From: Cyanobacteria bacterium J06626_6
GTDB taxonomy: Bacteria > Cyanobacteriota > Cyanobacteriia > Phormidesmidales > Phormidesmidaceae
Direction of reading: 5' to 3'
DNA length: 64,000 nucleotides
Assembly (NCBI GenBank): GCA_038523095.1
Contig: JBCBJS010000025.1
Coordinates: 153 to 64,152, forward strand
Numbering within the stretch: the first letter of the stretch is position 1; the number at the start of each line of letters is the position of its first letter. The position numbers and the translations under genes were made by a program. Below, piece by piece: positions 47,928-58,824 of this stretch. The notes under the pieces are model-generated. The model had not been told where the DNA came from, ran no database searches, and saw only the letters and a program-made list of their open reading frames with translations.

Positions 47928-49676
47928 TCAAATGCTCACTAGATAACCTTCGTCGATAATCGCACAGTTTCCCAATTCCTTCGCCTTGTACATTGCATCA
48001 TCGGCTGAAGCCATAATCTCATCCGGCGTTTCGTCGCAGTCAACGCCGCTGATCTTTATCCCTATGCTGCCACCAATAAAAATCTCATTGCCCCGGACAT
48101 TGAAAGGCTGTTGCAGTTTATCAAGCAGCTTCTTTGAGAGATAGCCTGCAGCTTTTACGGCCTCAGCGGCCATATCAGAAGCGCTATCTGTTGCGGCGTA
48201 GGATTCTGTTGTTAGCGGACCAGTCGGGCCAATTTGCTCCGCCAAAATAACAAACTCATCGCCACCTAACCGAAAGATACTATCGCCCTGTCGCAGACTG
48301 GCCTGCAGGCGGGCCGCTACCGCGACGAGAAGCTCATCGCCCACATGGTGGCCATAGGTATCGTTGACACGCTTAAACCCATCTAGGTCCAGAAAGAAAA
48401 CAGCGATCGCACAACCAGACCGCTTAGACATCGCCAACGCAGACTGCAGCCGCTCCGCCAGCAGTCGTCGGTTGGGCAGGCCCGTGAGCATATCGTGAGT
48501 GGCCTGCTCGACCAGCTGCCTCTCCAGCTGTTTGCGTCTCTCTACCTCCTTCACCAGTGCCTGTGTTCTCTCTGCTACCCGTTGTTCTAAGGTGGCCCTT
48601 ACCGAGAGCACTTCCTCCGCCATCAGGTCAAACGTGCGCAGCAGATGATATACCTCCTTCGGCACCATATGACGCTTAATTTCTAGCTCATCGATTCTGT
48701 GTCCAGAGGCCAGCGCCCTCGCCGCCACCGTCACCGCCCGTATCGGACCCAAGATGTAGGCCGTTAGCCGCCAGCTTACAACCACTGCTAGCAACAGTCC
48801 CAAAAGCGACATTCCCAAGGCAACGGCCCTTGTCTGTCGCACACGGGCCTGAATTTCACTATAGGGCTGCGGAATCATCACACCCCAGCCGGTCTCAGGC
48901 ACAATGGCAAACCCGGCAATCATCTCGGTCTGCATTGCAGGGGAATAAAATTCGGCAAAGCCTTTTGCCTGTTCTTTCATCATGGCAACGGGCTTCAGAC
49001 TGCTCATGTCAAAAGCGGTTTCTTCCCATTCGCGCGAAGGGTGGGCGATCGCCTGCCCAGATTGATCCAAAATCGCCGCATGCCCCTTTGTGCCAAATTC
49101 AATGCCCTGCTGCACCTGACGGAAGTAGGCCGTATTCACCGCTGCCACCGCCAAGCTACCGCTACGCGTTGTCCGCATCATATACAGCATCGGCATCTGA
49201 CGCGCGTTCATGATTACCGGACTGATAACAACCTTAGTAGGCTGGGCAAAGGCACGTCTTCTCTCCGTCAGCAGCGCCTCGATGCCCGCTTCAGGAAGAA
49301 ATACCTCGTTCCCCATACAGTAGGCTATTCTTTCTGGGGAACCGCCCTTTACATCAATTATCGCCAGCATCTGAATATTTACAGAGCGCAGCAGCGCTTC
49401 GAGTTCCTCAGTCTGCGGCTCGGGAGCAGATTCCGACTTGGCAATAAACACTGCCTTTAAATCATTGACATACATCGACATTGATCGGCTGACATTTTCA
49501 GCCAGCAGCACGTGCTTTTCTTGTACTGCCAAAACCTGCGCATCTTTGGCAGTGTAATATATCCAACCATCCAAAAACAGGATAGGGATAAGCGCCACAA
49601 ACGTGAAAAAAATCAGCAGTAAATTGCGCAGCCCAACGGCAACAAACCACTTTCTAGAAACTAGGGGAACAGCCAT
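47928..49676 (-). CDS. Membrane diguanylate cyclase (dCache-HAMP-GGDEF)
   Basis: 2 TM segments; HDMLTGLPNR, FLDLDGFKRVNDTYGH, I-site RQGD, RLGGDEF; no EAL domain. Confidence 0.93.
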   Translation of the reverse strand: MAVPLVSRKWFVAVGLRNLLLIFFTFVALIPILFLDGWIYYTAKDAQVLAVQEKHVLLAENVSRSMSMYVNDLKAVFIAKSESAPEPQTEELEALLRSVNIQMLAIIDVKGGSPERIAYCMGNEVFLPEAGIEALLTERRRAFAQPTKVVISPVIMNARQMPMLYMMRTTRSGSLAVAAVNTAYFRQVQQGIEFGTKGHAAILDQSGQAIAHPSREWEETAFDMSSLKPVAMMKEQAKGFAEFYSPAMQTEMIAGFAIVPETGWGVMIPQPYSEIQARVRQTRAVALGMSLLGLLLAVVVSWRLTAYILGPIRAVTVAARALASGHRIDELEIKRHMVPKEVYHLLRTFDLMAEEVLSVRATLEQRVAERTQALVKEVERRKQLERQLVEQATHDMLTGLPNRRLLAERLQSALAMSKRSGCAIAVFFLDLDGFKRVNDTYGHHVGDELLVAVAARLQASLRQGDSIFRLGGDEFVILAEQIGPTGPLTTESYAATDSASDMAAEAVKAAGYLSKKLLDKLQQPFNVRGNEIFIGGSIGIKISGVDCDETPDEIMASADDAMYKAKELGNCAIIDEGYLVSI

Positions 49677-50047
49677 AATCTAGCTAGTAATCTACTGAAC
49701 AGACAGTCAAATTCCAGCTGCCGTCAGACCACAATCAGACCGTAAAATAGGTTCAATCCTGTGCTCGCCATACAAAAACGCAGGAACACAATAAAAGAAC
49801 ATACATACTCAATGTCTCTAATGTTTTTGAGACACTGGTACGTTGAGCGGCTGGGTAAGAGCGATGTCCTCAGCGATCCGACACAACATACAGTTCAAAT
49901 GCAAAGTGCTATTTCGGTAGATACCAATTTCTGTAGATGCCCTAACTTTCATGACAGCACACTATACACCCTCGGCTGTCGTTTATCAGTGATTTCACTT
50001 TGACTTGTGCAACCAGAGAACAACAGCCTAAAACCAGCAACGAGACC

Positions 50048-52885
50048 CTATGTCGACCGCCGACTGCGCAAAAAACATTTCTCCAGCTCAACCCACACAA
50101 ATAGCAAACTACTAAAACCGACACACACCATCAGCTCAGTAAAAGACAGCGCCTGTGTGCCAAAAAAGCTACGCAGCGGCGCGAGGTAAATTAGCATCAG
50201 TTGGAGCACGGTCGTTACCGCCACCGCTAGCAGCACATACGGATTGGAAAACTGAGACATTTCAGCCGCCAGTCGCCAGTCCGAGCGGACAGAAATGGCA
50301 TGGCCCATCTGTGACAGACACAGCATCGTAAAGACCATTGTTTTCCAGCGCTCAGGATTGCCACCAACATCAGGACTGTGGGTGTAGCTATAGGCCCACA
50401 GCATCAGCGCGATCGCAAAAATCGAAAAGACAATCCCCACCCGCAGCATGTACCAGCCCAGCCCCCTGGCAAAAATGCTCTCCTTAGGATTGTGGGGCGG
50501 GCGATCCATTAAGTTTGGTTCAGACGGCTCCACGGCCAGCGCCAGTGCCGGAAAACCATCGGTCACCAGATTCATCCACAAAATCTGCAGCGGCGTTAGC
50601 GGCACCGCCACAATTGGCAGCAGCAGTGGCGACAGCGCAATCGTAATCACTTCGCCAATGTTCGAGCCCAAAATATACTTCACAAACTTGCGAATATTGC
50701 CGTACACCACCCGGCCCTCTTCAGCCGCCGACACAATCGAGGCAAAGTTGTCATCCAGCAGCACCATGTCGCTCGCCTCTTTGCTCACGTCGGTACCCGT
50801 AATCCCCATGGCAATGCCAATGTCTGCCTGCTTCAGCGCAGGCGCATCATTGACCCCATCGCCAGTCATCGCCACCACCTGATGCTGGGCCTGCAGCGCC
50901 TGCACAATTCGCAGCTTGTGCTCTGGAGATACCCGCGCATATACGCTCACTGAGCGCACTGCTACCGCCAGCTCATCCTGGCCCATCGCCGCTATTTGCT
51001 GCCCCGAAAAGACCTCCGCTTGGTCCCCGGCAATCATCCCCAGATCCTGGGCTAGCGCCTTCGCCGTCAGCGGATGGTCACCAGTAATCATTACAGCCCG
51101 AATGCCCGCCCGACGACATTGACTCACAGCCTCCCGAACTTCTGGGCGGGGCGCATCTATCATCGCGACCAGCCCTAGCCAGATTAAGTTCTGCTCGACG
51201 CCTTCCTCAGTCAAGCGATCGGTTAGCGCATGAGTAGAACTATCAGATGGCGCGCTGTCGAAGCCTCGATACGCAAACCCCAACACCCGCTTCCCTTCTG
51301 CGGATAGTGCCTCCGCCCTGTTCAAGACGGTTTGCCGATCTTCCGCGGTCAATTTTCGCGCGCCGCGGCCAATGCGATCGCACTTCTCCAACAGCAGCTC
51401 CGCCGACCCTTTCGCCAGCACCACAGCAGATGCCTCAATGCCCAAGCGATTCGTCTCAGGCACTTCTACAATCACGCTCATCCGCTTGCGCTCAGAGGAA
51501 AACGGAAATTCATGCAGCCGCGGAAACTCATAGTCCAGCGTCTTCTTCTCCAGTCCGGCCTTCGCCGCCAGCGTCACCAGCGCCCCCTCTGTCGGATCGC
51601 CCACAATCGCCCACTGCTGGTCATCGCCCGCATCTTCAGTCGCTGGCTCAAGCTGCAGCGCCGCGTCGTTGCACAGCGCCCCATTCAGCAGCAGCAGCGC
51701 CAGTGTAGGCTTCTCCAAAGGAGAAACAGCCTTCTCCCCCAGCCAAAACTCGCCGTCTGGCGCGTAGCCTTCCCCCGTAACTTTAAAATCACTTTCAAAG
51801 GGCAGTCCCGGCACATGGACAGACTGCACCACCATCTTGTTCTGCGTGAGTGTCCCCGTCTTATCCGAGCAGATCGTCGTTACCGAACCCAGCGTCTCCA
51901 CCGCCGGTAGCCGCCGAATCAGGGCCTGACGCTTCACCATTCGCTGCGTTCCCAGCGCTAGCGTCACCGTAATCACTGCCGGTAACCCCTCTGGCACCAC
52001 CGCCACTGCCATGCTCAGCGACACCGTCAGCAACTCTTCAAAAGCAGGCCAGCCCAGCGCAATCGTCCCGCCCACCACCACCAGCGCCACCAGCATTAGC
52101 GAGCCAGCTACCAGCACGTTGCCCAGCTGCTTCAGCCGCTGCTGCAGAGGCGTCGCCAGCGCCGACACAGACTGAATCATCGTGGCAATTCGCCCCAGCT
52201 CAGTCTCCATGCCCGTCCGCGTGACCAGCAGCTTACCGCGGCCATGCACCACCTCCGTTCCCTGGAAGGCTAAGTTCTTCTGGTCGGCTAAACCCACATC
52301 TAGAGAGAGCATTATCTGAGCCTGCTTGCCTACGGCGGTGGCTTCTCCGGTCAGCGCCGATTCTCTCACCTGTAGCGTTGCCGTTTCCAATAGTCGCCCG
52401 TCAGCCGCAATCTGATCGCCCGTCTCCAGGAGTAAAATATCGCCCGGCACCAGTTCTTTAGCAGAAATTTGCTGGCGCTCGCCCTCGCGCAGCACCCGCA
52501 CATCTGGAGCAGAAAGGCTTTTGAGCGCTGCCAGCGCTTGCTCAGCCTTGCTCTCCTGCAAGTAGCCCAGCACCGCGTTGATCACAACGATCGTCATTAT
52601 GGCGATCGCATCTTTGGGAAACGCCCCTGCCCGCAGGTCTAGAACCGCCGACACAACGGCCACTGCAATCAGCATCAGCAGCATCACATCTGCAAACTGA
52701 TCGAGCAGAATCTGCCAGCGCGATCGCCCTCCAGTTTCCACCAGCTCATTCGCCCCGTAGTCCGCCAGCCGCCGCTGCACCACCGAGTCAGAAAGCCCCC
52801 TATCAGCATCACTATCCAGCGCTTTTAGGGCGTCCTCGATACCGAGCGTATGCCACTGCTGAGCCGACTGTCGAACCGTAGTCAT
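50048..52885 (-). CDS. Cation-transporting P-type ATPase (type IIA, Ca2+-ATPase-like)
   Basis: [46 protein letters not shown]. Confidence 0.93.
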   Translation of the reverse strand: MTTVRQSAQQWHTLGIEDALKALDSDADRGLSDSVVQRRLADYGANELVETGGRSRWQILLDQFADVMLLMLIAVAVVSAVLDLRAGAFPKDAIAIMTIVVINAVLGYLQESKAEQALAALKSLSAPDVRVLREGERQQISAKELVPGDILLLETGDQIAADGRLLETATLQVRESALTGEATAVGKQAQIMLSLDVGLADQKNLAFQGTEVVHGRGKLLVTRTGMETELGRIATMIQSVSALATPLQQRLKQLGNVLVAGSLMLVALVVVGGTIALGWPAFEELLTVSLSMAVAVVPEGLPAVITVTLALGTQRMVKRQALIRRLPAVETLGSVTTICSDKTGTLTQNKMVVQSVHVPGLPFESDFKVTGEGYAPDGEFWLGEKAVSPLEKPTLALLLLNGALCNDAALQLEPATEDAGDDQQWAIVGDPTEGALVTLAAKAGLEKKTLDYEFPRLHEFPFSSERKRMSVIVEVPETNRLGIEASAVVLAKGSAELLLEKCDRIGRGARKLTAEDRQTVLNRAEALSAEGKRVLGFAYRGFDSAPSDSSTHALTDRLTEEGVEQNLIWLGLVAMIDAPRPEVREAVSQCRRAGIRAVMITGDHPLTAKALAQDLGMIAGDQAEVFSGQQIAAMGQDELAVAVRSVSVYARVSPEHKLRIVQALQAQHQVVAMTGDGVNDAPALKQADIGIAMGITGTDVSKEASDMVLLDDNFASIVSAAEEGRVVYGNIRKFVKYILGSNIGEVITIALSPLLLPIVAVPLTPLQILWMNLVTDGFPALALAVEPSEPNLMDRPPHNPKESIFARGLGWYMLRVGIVFSIFAIALMLWAYSYTHSPDVGGNPERWKTMVFTMLCLSQMGHAISVRSDWRLAAEMSQFSNPYVLLAVAVTTVLQLMLIYLAPLRSFFGTQALSFTELMVCVGFSSLLFVWVELEKCFLRSRRST

Positions 52886-52928
52886 GGAAAAAATGAAAAT
52901 CCCTTGTAGACAGGCCACTCAAGTGTAT

Positions 52929-52942
52929 ATGGCAAATGTCAT
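52929..52942. promoter_or_regulatory. Palindrome ATGGCA-AA-TGTCAT
   Basis: 1 mismatch to ATGACA-N2-TGTCAT; 44 bp upstream of the ATPase ATG. Confidence 0.45.
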
Positions 52943-53005
52943 CCATAGAATCTTCTCTTGGAGTTATCATCCCCGGTCTTGCAGCAACCCGCTTTCCACG
53001 TCCCG

Positions 53006-54265
53006 TTATAGCGGTAGCTCAATGACAAACTCACTGCCCCCGCCCGCAGTCGATACGCAAGACAGTCGCCCGCCGTGCTTTTCAGTAACGATTTGATGGC
53101 TAATCGCCAAACCCAGCCCGGTTCCTTTTCCCAGCGGCTTCGTCGTAAAAAAAGGATCAAATAGCTTATCAATCGTTTCCTGCGTCATACCAGGACCGTT
53201 ATCTGCGATCGCAATTCTCACCCACTCACCTACGGCCTCAGTCGATATTGTGATGACCTTCAGGTGTTTTTCATCCGCTAGCTGCTCGGCGACCTGTTTC
53301 GCGCAGCGGCCTTCAGCACACTCCTCAAAAGCATCAATCGCATTGCCAACAATATTCATAATCACCTGATTAAGCTGGCTGGCATGGCAAGGAACCTTAG
53401 GCAGCACGTTGTACTTACGGATAACCTTTATCTGCGAAGTGTCAGCCGTCCCCTTCAGCCGACTGTTTAAGATAACCAGCGTACTCTCAATGCCCACGTG
53501 GACATCAACAGCTTCCTTCTCAAATTCGTCCAGCCGAGAGAAATTTCTCAAAGAAAGCACGAGCTCCCGAATCCGAGTCGCTCCCATTTCCAGAGAATCC
53601 ATCAGCTTGGCCAGATCCTCCTGCAAGAAATCAAGGTCGATCTCTTCGATGTAGTTCTGAATATCTGGATTTGGATTTGGGTAGTGCTGCTGATATAGCT
53701 CAATCAGCTCAATCAGCTCCTCAACATAGCTTCTAGCCGGATTCAGGTTGCCATATACGTAATTGACCGGATTGTTGATTTCGTGGGCGACCCCGGCTAA
53801 CATTTGCCCCAGAGAAGACATTTTTTCACTTTGCACAAGCTGCAGTTGGGCCTGCTTCAGCCGAATTCGATTGGCCTTCTCTTCATCGATAGCCCTCAGA
53901 GTTCTCTCCAGAGTAATGAGCAAATCCTTCGAGTTAATCGGCTTAGTAACAAAGTCAAAAGCCCCCTTATTCATAGCCGCCCGAATATTATTCATATCGC
54001 TGTAGGCAGAAACCACAACCGTTTTGGGCGGATATTCCAAGTCATTAAGCTTACCCAGCAGCGCCAACCCATCCATCTCAGGCATATTGATGTCAGTGAG
54101 CACCACATCAATATCAGGTGAGGCCGTCACTTTCTCATAGGCTTCTGTACCATTGCTCGCGAAAGTAAATACATAGTCTCCCTGGGCAATCCCACGGCGA
54201 AACTTCAACGCGATCAACATTTCGACGTCAGGCTCATCGTCGACAACGAGAATAGAGTGAGTCAT
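53006..54265 (-). CDS. Hybrid receiver-histidine kinase (Rec-HisKA-HATPase)
   Basis: VVDDE, DINMP, KP; H-box AGVAHEINNP; NAIDA, DNGPG, FFTTK, GTGLGL. Confidence 0.93.
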   Translation of the reverse strand: MTHSILVVDDEPDVEMLIALKFRRGIAQGDYVFTFASNGTEAYEKVTASPDIDVVLTDINMPEMDGLALLGKLNDLEYPPKTVVVSAYSDMNNIRAAMNKGAFDFVTKPINSKDLLITLERTLRAIDEEKANRIRLKQAQLQLVQSEKMSSLGQMLAGVAHEINNPVNYVYGNLNPARSYVEELIELIELYQQHYPNPNPDIQNYIEEIDLDFLQEDLAKLMDSLEMGATRIRELVLSLRNFSRLDEFEKEAVDVHVGIESTLVILNSRLKGTADTSQIKVIRKYNVLPKVPCHASQLNQVIMNIVGNAIDAFEECAEGRCAKQVAEQLADEKHLKVITISTEAVGEWVRIAIADNGPGMTQETIDKLFDPFFTTKPLGKGTGLGLAISHQIVTEKHGGRLSCVSTAGGGSEFVIELPL

Positions 54266-54377
54266 GGATCTTCTTTTGCCTTCCCAGCTATGCCTTCTTA
54301 GCTATAATCCCCGCAAAGCGGCTGCGATACGCACTTTCAGCGCTGACAGTCTAGCGCGCCGATTCGGTGCGACTCAC

Positions 54378-54788
54378 TCAGGAAACGAATGCGACAGCAC
54401 CCTCAATTAAATCGAAAATATCTGCCTTGAGCCGGGCAAAGTCAACAGGCTTATTGATAAATCCACTCGCTCCATATTGCTTGGCTGTCTCCTGACTAGA
54501 CTCATCTCCATAGGCAGTCACCATCATCACCGGTAAGTTGGCATATCGCGCCTTAATCACTCTCAACAGTTCCAGACCGTTCATTCCCGGCATATTGATA
54601 TCTGAGAGGATCAAAGTCGCCTCGGCCCGATGCGCTGGCGCTTCCAGATAAGCCAGCGCATCAGTCGCAGACAGTGAGAAGTGAAAATCTATTCTATTTG
54701 CCCTAATCTCTTTTCGAAACTTATGCCGAAACATCAGCTCGACATCAGGCTCATCGTCAACAACAAGAATATGAATAGGCTGAGTCAT
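54378..54788 (-). CDS. Single-domain response regulator
   Basis: VVDDE, ILSDINMPG, TAYG, KPVDF. Confidence 0.93.
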   Translation of the reverse strand: MTQPIHILVVDDEPDVELMFRHKFRKEIRANRIDFHFSLSATDALAYLEAPAHRAEATLILSDINMPGMNGLELLRVIKARYANLPVMMVTAYGDESSQETAKQYGASGFINKPVDFARLKADIFDLIEGAVAFVS

Positions 54789-54861
54789 CGTATGTACCCC
54801 AAATATACCTTCAATGTATCTTCAAAGAATCAATACGCCATAAACGCGCTACAAACGCGCT

Positions 54862-56643
54862 CTAGGCAGGCAAAGTAACAATAAAATCGGTGTAAATGCC
54901 TTCTTCAGACTCGACCACCATCGCACCTTGGTGCTGCTCCACCACAATGTTGTAGCTCAGCGATAGGCCCAGCCCCGTCCCTTCCCCCGTGGGTTTCGTC
55001 GTAAAAAATTGCTCAAACACCTTATTCTTTACTTCAGCCGACATACCTGGGCCATTGTCTCGAATATGTACTACGACCTCGCCATCCTGTCGCCGGGTGC
55101 GGACTTTAAGCAAAGGAGCAAAGCTTGCACCCTCTGCCAGCTGTCTTTGATAGACCGCGTAACAGGCATTACTGACAATGTTGAGAAATACTCGGCTGAG
55201 GTCCTTGGGTGATACTCGAATCTCGCCAAGGTTATCTGCATAGTCGTTGTCAAACGATAGATTAAAATTTGAGTGCTTTGCCCGCATTCCGTGATAGGCC
55301 AGGTTCACTGCTTTCTTCACCAGTTCATTAATATCAGCCTCTACCCATTCGCTCTCGCCGTCCCGAGAATGCTGCAGCATATCAGCAACAATGTCATCGG
55401 CCCGTTTACCATGGCGATAGATTTTCTCCGTCAGCGTTTTTAAGCTATCAATCGTTTCAGTTATCTCTGAGCAAAACGCAGGATCAAGCTGCTCTCTATG
55501 CTCAGAGATCGCATCGACAAGATCCTCAGCCAACTCTGCTGCAATCTCAGAAAAATTGTTCACGAAGTTGAGCGGATTTTTGATCTCGTGGGCAATGCCT
55601 GCCGTCAGCGATCCTAGCGAGGCTAGCTTTTCTTGAGCAATCATTTGCGATTGAGTTGAGATCAGCCGACAGTTTACCTGCTCTAGCTCTTGGCTGCGCA
55701 GCGTCTGCTCCTCAATGAGACGCTCGACCCGGTGCAGCAGTTCATTAAAAGCAGCAGCAACGGTCCCAACTTCGTCATCACTCGCCACTTCGGCACGCAG
55801 ATCAAAGCGATCGCTCTGAGAAATTTGTAGCGCAGTTCCTTCTAACTGACGCAGCGGCCTGTTAATAGAGCGAACAATCGACAAGGCAAGTAGTATCGTC
55901 ACCCCCGAAGACAACAGCATGCTGATCAAAATCAGCTGATTACGCAGCTTTCGGGCATCGGTAACGGCCTGACGAGCCAGCAGCAATTCCGCATTTGCAG
56001 CTTTAATAATCCCAGAGAGATCGTCTGAAATAGCGTCAAATCTGATTGCCAAGGGACTATTGGTAAAAGCCATCAGCCGACGTTGGGCGTTGGCAACAGC
56101 CTCAGGTCTAACATTTTCATTGGGTTCTACCGACTCTACTAGCCCCGCCAACTCCTCAAAATAAATAGCGTAAGTTCTATTGTAAGTATTCAAAAAGTTG
56201 CGAATTTCGGGCGATTCTTCGACAGTTCCATACCCATGGTCAGACGGATCTTTTAGATAGTCTGTAAGTTCTCTCCAAACGCTGTCAACCGTTTTGGCAT
56301 GTTCTAAGATGTGACTGTACTCATCTTTGAAGTCTTCCGGAAATTCACTCAGGGGAATGAGTTGCTGTTGGTGCGTTCTGGCCTGCAAAACCCCTGCTTG
56401 TATCTGAGAGAGAAGCCTGACTTCTTCGAGCAGGTAATGTTCTGTTTCTAACGCCTTCTTTTGGTGTGCATTACCCACCAGAATACCTGCCGCAGTGCCA
56501 GCAAATGCCAAACCGAGGGTAAATGCAAATCCAAACGTAATTCGCTGGCTCACCTTGAACCGAGCCAAAAGGCCTTTCCCTTGTCTGTCTATGGGCGACG
56601 AGGTGTTAGCGACAAAAGCTTCCTTGATCTGTTCGGTAGTCAT
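54862..56643 (-). CDS. Membrane sensor histidine kinase (2 TM, HAMP)
   Basis: HAMP ..DDEVGTVAAAFNEL; AGIAHEIKNPLNFV; N, G1, F, G2 boxes. Confidence 0.93.
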   Translation of the reverse strand: MTTEQIKEAFVANTSSPIDRQGKGLLARFKVSQRITFGFAFTLGLAFAGTAAGILVGNAHQKKALETEHYLLEEVRLLSQIQAGVLQARTHQQQLIPLSEFPEDFKDEYSHILEHAKTVDSVWRELTDYLKDPSDHGYGTVEESPEIRNFLNTYNRTYAIYFEELAGLVESVEPNENVRPEAVANAQRRLMAFTNSPLAIRFDAISDDLSGIIKAANAELLLARQAVTDARKLRNQLILISMLLSSGVTILLALSIVRSINRPLRQLEGTALQISQSDRFDLRAEVASDDEVGTVAAAFNELLHRVERLIEEQTLRSQELEQVNCRLISTQSQMIAQEKLASLGSLTAGIAHEIKNPLNFVNNFSEIAAELAEDLVDAISEHREQLDPAFCSEITETIDSLKTLTEKIYRHGKRADDIVADMLQHSRDGESEWVEADINELVKKAVNLAYHGMRAKHSNFNLSFDNDYADNLGEIRVSPKDLSRVFLNIVSNACYAVYQRQLAEGASFAPLLKVRTRRQDGEVVVHIRDNGPGMSAEVKNKVFEQFFTTKPTGEGTGLGLSLSYNIVVEQHQGAMVVESEEGIYTDFIVTLPA

Positions 56644-56814
56644 AGGCAAACAAGCAAGTCTTCGTTGAGACGAGGTAAGCAGGAGACGAGGCAAGCAGGA
56701 GACGAGGCAAGCAAAATCACAAAAAAATGACAAAGTTTATCAATTTTTTCTTATGTGTTCAGTGTGCCCATTGCCATTCTCCGCAACCACAGCAATCGCC
56801 CCATAGCCCGATCT

Positions 56815-58686
56815 CTATTCGCGAACATAGATATGAATATGACCATAGGCGTTGCGCTCAATAGAACCTGCAAAGCCCTTACTCTCAAAGGCGAAGCGAT
56901 CGCGCTCTCCGCTCCTAACGGCTTCCAATCCCGCTTCTATGCTCCGAGTAGAGCGGCCATCCAGCATACCAAGCAGCGCAGTTCGCATCACCAGCCGATC
57001 GGTTGAAGGCGAAAAAGTTGCCTCCGACTGGCGCACCTCGACAGAATCTTGGTCATACACATAGGCCAAGCTCACTCGATTGGGCACCACATCATACACA
57101 GCCGTGTAAAAATTCTCCATTGCAGATTCTCGGGTGGGCACACCCAACCGACCGCGAATGTTATCCTCCGACTCGCCAGGGCCAAATCCAGGAATGGCCA
57201 CCATGCCGCCCGTGTTACCGGGCCGGGCATTTGCCGGATTACCGCTACTGCCCAGCAGTAAAGGCGGCTCAGTTCCAGCAGAATCGCCGGTTTGTTCTCC
57301 TAGAGCAGGTGCCCGAGAGTCGCCTGGTTCCGCCACCTCTGGAAGGGTCGATTCTACATCTTCATCAGGTGAGGTTTCTGGCTCTTCACTTTGTTCTGCA
57401 GCTTCTGTTGTCTCCTCCGGCACATCTTCCTGCGCCTCTGCTGGGTCTGGGCTTTCTGTCTCAGGGCGTTCTGCAGTTGGCAAAGAGATTTCCGGCAATC
57501 CCGTAAACCGGTTGTAGAGCCAGTATCCAGAACCTACCGCAATGCCCGCGATCGCGACTGTCAAAATCGCCAGCGTCGAAACACAGCCGCAACCCCGGGC
57601 CTTCTCCCGCGGAACCGGGCTGTGGGCGACTGCGTGCACGGGCGGCATCATCGCCCCGTCAGCGGACTCGGCAGGTAGCGGAACCGCTACCGTCTTGCCA
57701 CCTGTCAGTCCATCGCGATTTCTGTTCAGTCTCAGGAGAGGATTGGGCTGGGCTCTATGCTGGGGGCTAGGCTGATAGCCAGGTGCAACGACTCGGGTGG
57801 GAACCTCCGAAGGCGTAGGTAATTTTCCGGCAGAGCCATCGCCCATCTGGACAAACGTGCCCGGTGTCGCTGTCAGCATCGATAGCCAGCGACCGACCGA
57901 CTGAGGCCGATCCTTCAGTTCAACATTCAAACCATAGGCGATCGCACTTGCCACCGCTTCACTCACATCCGGCCTACGCTCACGAACCGGCGCTAAAGGG
58001 GTGCGATCACGCAGCACTGCCGCCACCGGCACCTCCCCAGTCAGCAGGGTATACAGAGTTGCCGCCAGGCCATAAATATCCGTTGCTGCCGAACGCTGCG
58101 CCTTCGGTAAGTACTGCTCAATTGGCGCATACCCTTCCGAAACAATACTCGTATGCGTTTTTGTTGGGTTCTGGGTCAGCTCCCGGGCAATCCCAAAGTC
58201 AATCAGAACCGCCTCCCCCGTCAGCTGATGAATCATAATGTTTTGAGGCTTCACATCGCGATGTAGCAAGCCCTTACCATGCACTGCCTGCAAGGCCTTG
58301 CCAATCTGCTGAATATAGCCCACTGCCTCAGCTTCACTAAGCGGTTTTGCAGGTCCTACCTCCGGTATCACCATGTCGTAAAGCGATCGCCCCGGAATGT
58401 AGTCCATCACCATGTACGGCAGCTGATCTTCAACAAAAAAATCACTCACACGCACTACATTCGGGTGGCTACAGAGCGCTAGCCGTCTGGCCTCATCTTG
58501 AAACTGTCGCTGCAAATCGCTAAGGTTAATCGCAGACCAAAACGATTCGTTCAGCGTCTTGATCACCACCACCTTGTCTAGATAGTTCTGATGAGCCCGA
58601 AACGTTAGGCCAAACCCACCGCGGCCCAGCACCGCCTCCAGCTTATATTTTCCCCTCTGCAGGCTTTTCCCAATCAAACTACTCAT
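56815..58686 (-). CDS. Membrane Ser/Thr protein kinase
   Basis: LGRGGFG, VVIK, HRDVKPQN, IDFGIARE, GYAPIEQ, DIYGLA; TM at ILTVAIAGIAVG; acidic extracellular region. Confidence 0.93.
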   Translation of the reverse strand: MSSLIGKSLQRGKYKLEAVLGRGGFGLTFRAHQNYLDKVVVIKTLNESFWSAINLSDLQRQFQDEARRLALCSHPNVVRVSDFFVEDQLPYMVMDYIPGRSLYDMVIPEVGPAKPLSEAEAVGYIQQIGKALQAVHGKGLLHRDVKPQNIMIHQLTGEAVLIDFGIARELTQNPTKTHTSIVSEGYAPIEQYLPKAQRSAATDIYGLAATLYTLLTGEVPVAAVLRDRTPLAPVRERRPDVSEAVASAIAYGLNVELKDRPQSVGRWLSMLTATPGTFVQMGDGSAGKLPTPSEVPTRVVAPGYQPSPQHRAQPNPLLRLNRNRDGLTGGKTVAVPLPAESADGAMMPPVHAVAHSPVPREKARGCGCVSTLAILTVAIAGIAVGSGYWLYNRFTGLPEISLPTAERPETESPDPAEAQEDVPEETTEAAEQSEEPETSPDEDVESTLPEVAEPGDSRAPALGEQTGDSAGTEPPLLLGSSGNPANARPGNTGGMVAIPGFGPGESEDNIRGRLGVPTRESAMENFYTAVYDVVPNRVSLAYVYDQDSVEVRQSEATFSPSTDRLVMRTALLGMLDGRSTRSIEAGLEAVRSGERDRFAFESKGFAGSIERNAYGHIHIYVRE

Positions 58687-58824
58687 AACCGCGACTAAAA
58701 GCACTTCAACATACACCGTAACTATTGTGTCTGCTCATATCTTCACAGACAATTCGCGCTGTTACGGTTTCTAAGCTATCCCGCCGACATCCATATCATC
58801 TTACCGCTACCCAGGTTTTCACCT

